This document shows positions 57,170 through 64,000 of a stretch of DNA of 64,000 nucleotides, one piece after another. Source of the stretch: Octopus vulgaris. Taxonomy: Eukaryota. Positions within the stretch are counted from its first letter, which is position 1. Each line of letters begins with the position of its first letter. The notes below the pieces were generated by a model. The model was given only the letters and a program-made list of their open reading frames with translations. It did not search any database and was not told where the DNA came from. The position numbers were made by a program, and so were the translations under genes. The stretch spans positions 139,500,001 through 139,564,000 of the forward strand of contig OX597816.1 of assembly GCA_951406725.2 (NCBI GenBank), in the 5' to 3' direction.

Positions 57170-57582
57170 ATAAAAGACAGAAAGGATTCTAAAGCCATTC
57201 ATGATGGCTTCAAGAAAATGTATGGTCCTGAAGACCACGGTGTTACTCCTATTTTTTCATCGAATAGAGAGACACTATTGACTGACAAATCTAACATCCT
57301 GAAGTGATGGAAAGCTCACTTTGAAGCCGTGTTGAACTCCACCTCAGTCACTAATGATGACGTCATATTATCTATTCCACAGCACACTGAAATACCGGAA
57401 CTGTCTCTGTAGCCAACCTTCCTGGAAGTGGTAAACTCTATTTAACAGATCTCTTCTGGTAAAGCAGCTGGCAGGGTTGCTGTCCCTCCTGAAATCTACA
57501 AGTATGGTGGACAGAAGCTTTTTAAGAAACTGCATGACCTCTTCATAAACACCTGGATGGTAGGCCGTGTACCATAGGACTT
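57170..57582 (+). mobile_element. RTE/BovB-like LINE fragment (linker to RT N-terminus)
   Basis: LLTDKSNILK*WKAHFEAVLN...PTFLEVVNSI*QISSGKAAG..PPEIYKYGG..LHDLF..W..GRVP*DF. Confidence 0.85.
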
Positions 57583-57800
57583 CTGTCCTTGTTTTTTCTC
57601 TCTGTGTTTAACCCCTTGTGGGTAGTAAAGATATAGGTATTTCGTCCTTCTTCACGTTCTGAGTTCAAATTCCGCCGAGGTCGACTTTGCTTTTCCTCCT
57701 TTCGGGGTTGATAAATTAAGTACCAATCAAGTACTGGCGTCGTTGTAATCGATTAGACCTCTCCCTCAAAATTTCAGGCCTCGTGACTTTAGTACAAATG
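57583..57800 (+). mobile_element. SINE family A
   Basis: Family motifs. Confidence 0.8.
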
Positions 57801-58149
57801 ATTATTACCACCATCATAATAATCATACTATGCAATAATATGCGGAACCTTGGTTCCTTTCTTTGGGGAAAGAAATATTGTAGGTGGTCTCCCACGCCTT
57901 TCAATAATGAGGGGAGCCAAGACTGACTTCAGTATACTTAAAAAGAACTTTATTTTACCAGTCTGGATGATGTAAAGCAAAATTGATTTTGATATGATTG
58001 GAACTTGGTATTATTTTTACCATAAAGAGCCGGAACGAATAATATACGGTATTTATCCAACTCTCTATCATTTCTACAAATCACCCACACACTATATGAA
58101 CAACTCACAGTCAGCCGAAATAACACCAACAATTAAATAACAAAAGTAT

Positions 58150-59045
58150 AGGCGCAGGAGCGGCTGTGTGGTTAGTAGCTTGCTTACCAGCCACATGGTT
58201 CCGTATTCAGTCCCACTACGTGGCACCTTGGGCAAGCGTCTTCTACTATAGCCTCGGCCGACCAAAGTCTTATGAGTGGATTTGGTAGACGGAGTCTGAA
58301 AGAAGCCTGTCTCCTGTCCCTCTTTTAAGCCGTTCTCTCAAAGCGTTCAAAATAATTTTTCCTTTCGTTCCGGCTTAACAGCCCTTACCGTTTGTTTTTA
58401 CTGTGTTATTCTCCTTGTCCTGTCTTTTACTGTTTTTAATTGTATTACTCTTATTGTCTTGGTTTGTTTTCACTGTCCTGTTCTTGTTACCACTTTTACC
58501 CCTCCGCAAAAAATACCAAATTTTATTTAATTTGCTTTGCGGGAAGGACTGTTTCAACGAAGACGTGTCTTTCCCTTACCTTCGAAACACGGAGTAGACG
58601 AAGCAGGGACAGCTAAAGAAGGGGAATATTCCTTGTGTTGTATGTCTTGTACTCTGTTTTTTCGTTGTTTGAAAAAAGTCCGTTTCCATGGTTTTGTTTT
58701 TAGGTTTTCGTTTCTCATTGTGTTCGACGTTTTTTGGGGCGTCCTGTACCCATATATCCATGTATATATACATATAGATGCAGGTATGTACACATATGTA
58801 TGCACATATGCATATGTTTTATTTATTATTTTGTTATTTTATATATATATATATACATACATACACATGTGTGTGTGTACTTGTACGTCTGTGTTTGCCC
58901 CCACCATCGCTTGACAACCGATGCTGGTGTGTTTACATCCCCGTAAATCAGCGGTTTGGCAAAAGTGATCGATAGAATAAGTACTAGGCTTACAAAGAAT
59001 AAGTCCTGGGGTCGATTTGAAACAAATAACTGAAACAAATAAAAG
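58150..59045 (+). mobile_element. SINE family B split by an ~430-bp T-rich insert
   Basis: Head at 58150-58310, tail at 58880-59045, unrelated sequence at 58315-58750. Confidence 0.7.
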
Positions 59046-59469
59046 AATAAACATAAAGTGTAACAAAAGATAAATAACTAAACCATGAAAAAGATAAAGC
59101 AGGCAAACATTTGTATCTAATGACAACAATAAAACAGTATATACTAGCACCATCACTACCACTAACAATAAAAATGAACCACTACTCCATATGTCACGAT
59201 AACAACACTGAATAATTTACAAACACTGTAGCACCAAGTATATATCCTTATAAAGTACTGCAGCAAAAGTAAGTCAACTTAAAAACACTCAAAGAATGCA
59301 AGAAGAAAAGGAAAATATGCACCAATTACTTAGAGCACTATTTTGGCACCATCAGACACCCCAAAATCAATAGGGATATCTAATAACTTTATAGCTTCAT
59401 ACATTCAACACACATAGAAGACAAATGTATAGAAAATTGTACACGCTCACATCATTCACGTGTTGTAAA

Positions 59470-59885
59470 CATGCGCAAGAGTGGCTGTGTGGTAAGTAGC
59501 TTGCTTACCAATCACATGTTTCCGGGTTCAGTCCTACTGCGTAGCACCTTGGGCAAGTGTCTTCTACTATAGCCTCGTGCCGACCAAGGCTTTGTGAGTG
59601 GATTTAGTAGACGGAAACTGAAAGAAGCCCGTCGATATATATATATATATATATGTGTTTGTATGTATATGTTTGTGTATCTGTGTTTGTCCCCCAACAT
59701 CGCTTGAAAACCCATGCTTGTGTGTTTACGTCCCCGTCATTTAGCGGTTCGGCAAGAGAGACCGATAGAATAAGTACTAGGCTTACAAAGAATAAGTCAT
59801 GGGGGCGGTTTGCTCGACTAAAGGCGGTGCTCCAGCATGGCAGCAGTCAAATGACTGGAACAAAAAAAGGAATAAAAAGAAAAGA
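59470..59885 (+). mobile_element. SINE family B, full bipartite copy
   Basis: TGGCTGTGTGGTAAGTAGCTTGCTTACC..CCGGGTTCAGTCC..CCTTGGGCAAGTGTCTTC, internal TA/TG repeat, tail ..CGATAGAATAAGTACTAGGC..CAGCATGG. Confidence 0.88.
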
Positions 59886-60356
59886 AACAAAAGGATGCAT
59901 TCTGGAAAGAAACACAGGTACTACATTTGGATAACAAACTGAACCAACGATGATGTCCAGATAATGTATTGGGTCCTATAGGGACTAAACCAGTCCTACC
60001 CGGACCACCACTCTTTCCAGAACAAGCCACAATACACTGATCAGCTGGACAACGAAATAAAAATACTAAAGATGAAAAAAATCACCTGGCTTTGTGTGAG
60101 GAGCAGCGTTTATTGTCACAGTGTTTATTCCCCCAACCTACACCACCACAACAACCAAATTTACTGCACCATATGCAAGATAACCCCAAGATAACCCCCA
60201 GACAATTACAAAACTCCAGGACACTACTACAGCAATATTCTAAAATTGCCGTCTCCCTCACCCACCATGAACAAAAACAGAAACCAAAGCACATATACAT
60301 GCAGAAATAGCAACAACATCGATAGACTCACCGGCCCCCAAATACTGTCGTACGAA

Positions 60357-60855
60357 ATACGAGGGTGAGCTGAAAAATTCACAGGCTCTATGTCGGCGTG
60401 GTGTCAGAGCTGTGAAATCTTGTATACATTAACTTCAGCTATTTTTTATTAATAATTGCAGAGTTTTTTTTTCAGGTAAACTGATATCTGACAGTTCAAA
60501 GAAGACTTCAAAAGTAACTCGTATCGACTTCTCTTGTCACCATGGTGTTATCAAGTACCTGCAGAAAAATAGTTTAACCCCCGAGGACATTCATGCTGAT
60601 ATGGTTGCTACATTAGGAGATGACTCCAGCTTTGTCAGTTGTGCAAAAGTGGGAAGCTGAATTTAGGAGAGGAAGGGAGTGTCTTGAAGATGAGCCAAGG
60701 TTTGGATGTCCTGCAACTGCCACCACCAAGGAAAGCATTGATCGTGTTCACCACATGGTGATATATTACAGGCTATTCACTATACATCAAACAACCCATG
60801 CTATTAGCACATCCCGTAAGAGAGTTCAGAATATTCTGCATAATGAACTTGTGAG
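60357..60855 (+). mobile_element. Mariner 5' half
   Basis: TA|CGAGGGTGAGCTGAAAA terminus; VIKYLQK..IHADMVATLGD..ALSVVQKWEAEFRRGRECLEDEPRFGCP. Confidence 0.85.
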
Positions 60856-61093
60856 ATACACAGAACTATTATGACTATTCCTGTTTTTACACTTTGGTAA
60901 GAAAAACGAATTGATATTGTAGTAAAAAGTGAGTCTCTAACTTTATTTTTGATATTCGCAATGACTCCACTAATTTTTTTTATTCGAGCAACTGTTATTT
61001 CAATTGTCTCTTCAGTCAACTGTTGTGCATTAACTTTATTTTCAACAACCGTTTTTGCTCAGCTATCTGCATTACACACACACACACACATAC

Positions 61094-61177
<84 letters not shown>

Positions 61178-61190
61178 GCATACATACATA

Positions 61191-61458
61191 TTCATAGCAG
61201 TAATAATTGGAGCACTACTAAATGCTTAAAGGAGAATCTGGATAAACTGGGATTTTCAGAAAGAGAAACTGACCGGCTTATTCGTACATTACAAGTGCAA
61301 TCTGTGAGTGGAACAGTAAAAATATGCAAGACTTTTCTCAAGTTCCAAATGTGAATTTGTCTGTGTTAACTACATCTCAAAGATAGAGCCTCGTATCTTT
61401 GTTGGAAACCGGCTCCCTCCTCAGTGGGAGATTTATAATAATTAAAAATTAGAAGAGA
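61191..61458 (+). mobile_element. 5'-truncated RLE LINE 3' end flanked by CATACATA
   Basis: [36 protein letters not shown] plus 3'UTR; CATACATAC on both sides. Confidence 0.8.
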
Positions 61459-62899
61459 CATACATACTGTGTGTATACGTATACATATACACATATAAAT
61501 GATATAAACATATACACGTAATTAGTTCTGAATTAATTAGTTACTATAAATTTATTTCAGATAAGCCATGCCCACACCCTGTATTATCACCAATACCGCC
61601 ATAATTGATTTTAATCACTCCAACTCCACTACTAAAGATATGCTAGACATCGGAGTCAAAACACCTTCAAATTTCATTCAAACGGCTTAAAAAGTGGGAA
61701 CACAATGGAAAATTTTGTGCTAAATACAGTATGTCTTAAATAATAGACAGGATTTTCGCAGATGGTATGTGCTTGATTATAGGTATACTCGATTCGGGGC
61801 AAAACAGCATAAACAACAGCGAAAATAACACTATTAATACCACCTTCATTCAATGTGTAACAAGGACACAGCTTTCAGCAGTAACATCCTTGTTTTTTTT
61901 TTCATCATAGACAAGGCTAATACCACTGTAACAACTACCACCTATACAATAGAGAAGTCTAATATCACTGTCATTACCACAAGCACCACAACTACTACCA
62001 CAGCCTATGAGCACCGCTACCATCATTATTACTACAACCACCATCACTACCAATTCTGCCAATTATAGTCTTCTGAATGTACGTCAGGAGAAAAGATACG
62101 TTACGCGAGGAGTAAGAAACAGAAAGAAAGCAAAATATCAAATGAAGGAGAAAAAGAGAGAAAGGGGAGGATAAAACAGAAAAAGAGATGAAGAAAGGAA
62201 GTAAAGAAAAAAATGAAGAAAAGAAGGAACGAAGAAAATGTAGGAAGAATGAAAAGAATGAAAGAATAAGAAATGGGAGTGGAAGTTGCGGTAACAACAA
62301 CGAAAAAGAACTCGTTAATATAATAATTCTAAATATCAAAGGAAATTAAAACTGCAGGCCATCTGTTCTCATTAGCTTTGATTTCATCCTATTTATTCTT
62401 CACGGCCGCCCCCCTCTGTTATATAACACTACCCGCACATACTTTTTAATAGTGGTAAGTGCACTTATGATTGTTATTCGTATAAGGGCGGGTAATTGAC
62501 AGAATGGGCAGGTCGTCGAATGTGATTAAATTCCTTGTGGTATCTCTGGTTCACGTCTCTTTTACGTTTTGAGGCCCAGTTTGTCTTTTGTACTCCTGCG
62601 ATCGATGAAATAACGTAACAATCAGGCCTTTTCGTAAACGACATAAAAATATTGAGTGATGTCTTGAAGTATCATAAAGCAGGCTGCATATGGAAGACTA
62701 TTTTCATCGATATGTGTATTAACTAACTCCCTGTCTCACAAACACATACAACTATACATACCGGTTATAACATCCTGGGGCCTTTCCTACCTATGTTTTG
62801 TGAAAGTTCTTCAAGGCGCAGAACTGAGCAAAGATATTGCTGTTACACACACACACACACACACACACATATGTATGTATATTTATACATATGTGTATG

Positions 62900-62949
<50 letters not shown>

Positions 62950-63199
62950 GTGCGATCCGAAAAATCCTGGCATAGAAAGTTAGTAGGCTTCAAACGTACA
63001 CACAGCTAATACAGGTGACAAAAAAGTTGACAATATACGATAGAGCTTAATAACTGTCATATGTATACACTTTGCCCTATATTGAAATAAATGGAAAGCT
63101 AAGTCACTATACACCTCACTGATTAGTAACCATAGTTGTTAAATATGCGAATAGAAACCCACGAATGGGAAAATTAAACATATGAGTCATAGAGAAACA

Positions 63200-63365
63200 A
63201 TGTTATGTAACAAACATTGTTTACAATATTTACATTTGACGGATATTTGTCCTCATCTTGTTTGTTGTTAATACAACGTTTTGGCTGATATACCCTACAG
63301 CCTTCATTTCTTGGGGAAATTTCGAACCTGGGTTCTCATTCCTAAGGTATTTTTCGATGTTATTA
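63200..63365 (-). mobile_element. Penelope-like terminal-repeat remnant with a decayed hammerhead-like motif
   Basis: Minus strand ATGA-AGGCTG tagggtatat CAGCC-AAAACGTTG. Confidence 0.45.
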
Positions 63366-63520
63366 TTACAGGGTCTTTTGACAAATTCCGTAGTCGACAG
63401 CTTCTCTAATCGACCCTGGTCACGTACATGAAGCCGATTTTATAGGCTGTTCCCTCCTGCCAAAATGTATGATGGTGCACCTGGGATGAAAAACAGATTC
63501 ATTTTTCATGCATGCATGCA

Positions 63521-63567
<47 letters not shown>

Positions 63568-63699
63568 TGTATGCATGTATGTATGTATGTATGTATGTAT
63601 GCATGTATGTATGTATGTGTGTGTGTGTGTGAGTGTTTGTATATAGCTTTAATGTCGATTTTCTGTAAATTTTAAATAAACTAAACGACATTTCGTCGG

Positions 63700-63995
63700 T
63701 TACGACGACGATTGTTCCAGCTGATCTGATCATCGAAACAGCCTGTTCGTGAAATTAACGTGCAAGTGGTTGAGCACTCCATATTCAAGAATACTTTTAA
63801 TGCAGTTCTCAGGGAGATTCGGCGAGACACAGAATGTGAGAAAGTTGGCTATTTAGAAATACAGGTACTACTCATTTTTGCTAGCTGTGTGGATCGGAGC
63901 AACGTGAATTAAAACGTCTTGCTCAAGGACACAACGCGCCAACGGGAATCGAACTGATGACCATGCGATCGTGAGCCAAATACCCTTATCACTCG
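63700..63995 (-). mobile_element. CORE-type tRNA SINE (OR2-like), degraded
   Basis: Minus-strand B-box TTCGATTCCCG followed by GTGTCCTTGAGCAAGAC. Confidence 0.65.
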
Positions 63996-64000
63996 CGTGT

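Noticed and set aside
59890-60350. A/C-rich stretch with KKSPG, possibly a Jockey/I LINE remnant
   Set aside because: Only one short motif; needs a profile search
61995-62339. Hydrophobic F/S/L-rich ORF
   Set aside because: Antisense reading of a purine-rich low-complexity tract

Overview
AT-rich animal DNA made almost entirely of repeats. The tRNA-derived SINE families and the extreme (TA)n/(CATA)n/(GATA)n/(TAA)n microsatellite load point to a coleoid cephalopod, probably Octopus (inferred from recognising the repeats, not from a search). No intact host gene or convincing exon is visible; nearly all ORFs in the track are translations of microsatellites or transposon debris. Recognisable remnants: Tx1/L1-like, CR1, RTE and R4/Dong-like (RLE) LINEs; a Penelope-like element (RT + GIY-YIG); Tc1 and mariner fragments; hAT and Kolobok-like MITEs; a non-autonomous Helitron; and many SINEs. 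The most striking structure is a nearly perfect ~650-bp foldback at 31998-32650 inside a (TA)n tract. Each ~250-bp arm carries a minimal type I hammerhead ribozyme capping a long hairpin (Penelope pLTR/retrozyme-like), so both strands encode a candidate self-cleaving RNA. Other notable structures: a 5'-inverted (twin-priming-like) Tx1 copy in a GATA tract, two different hAT MITEs stacked at one target site, and apparent partitioning of microsatellite types among retroelement families.
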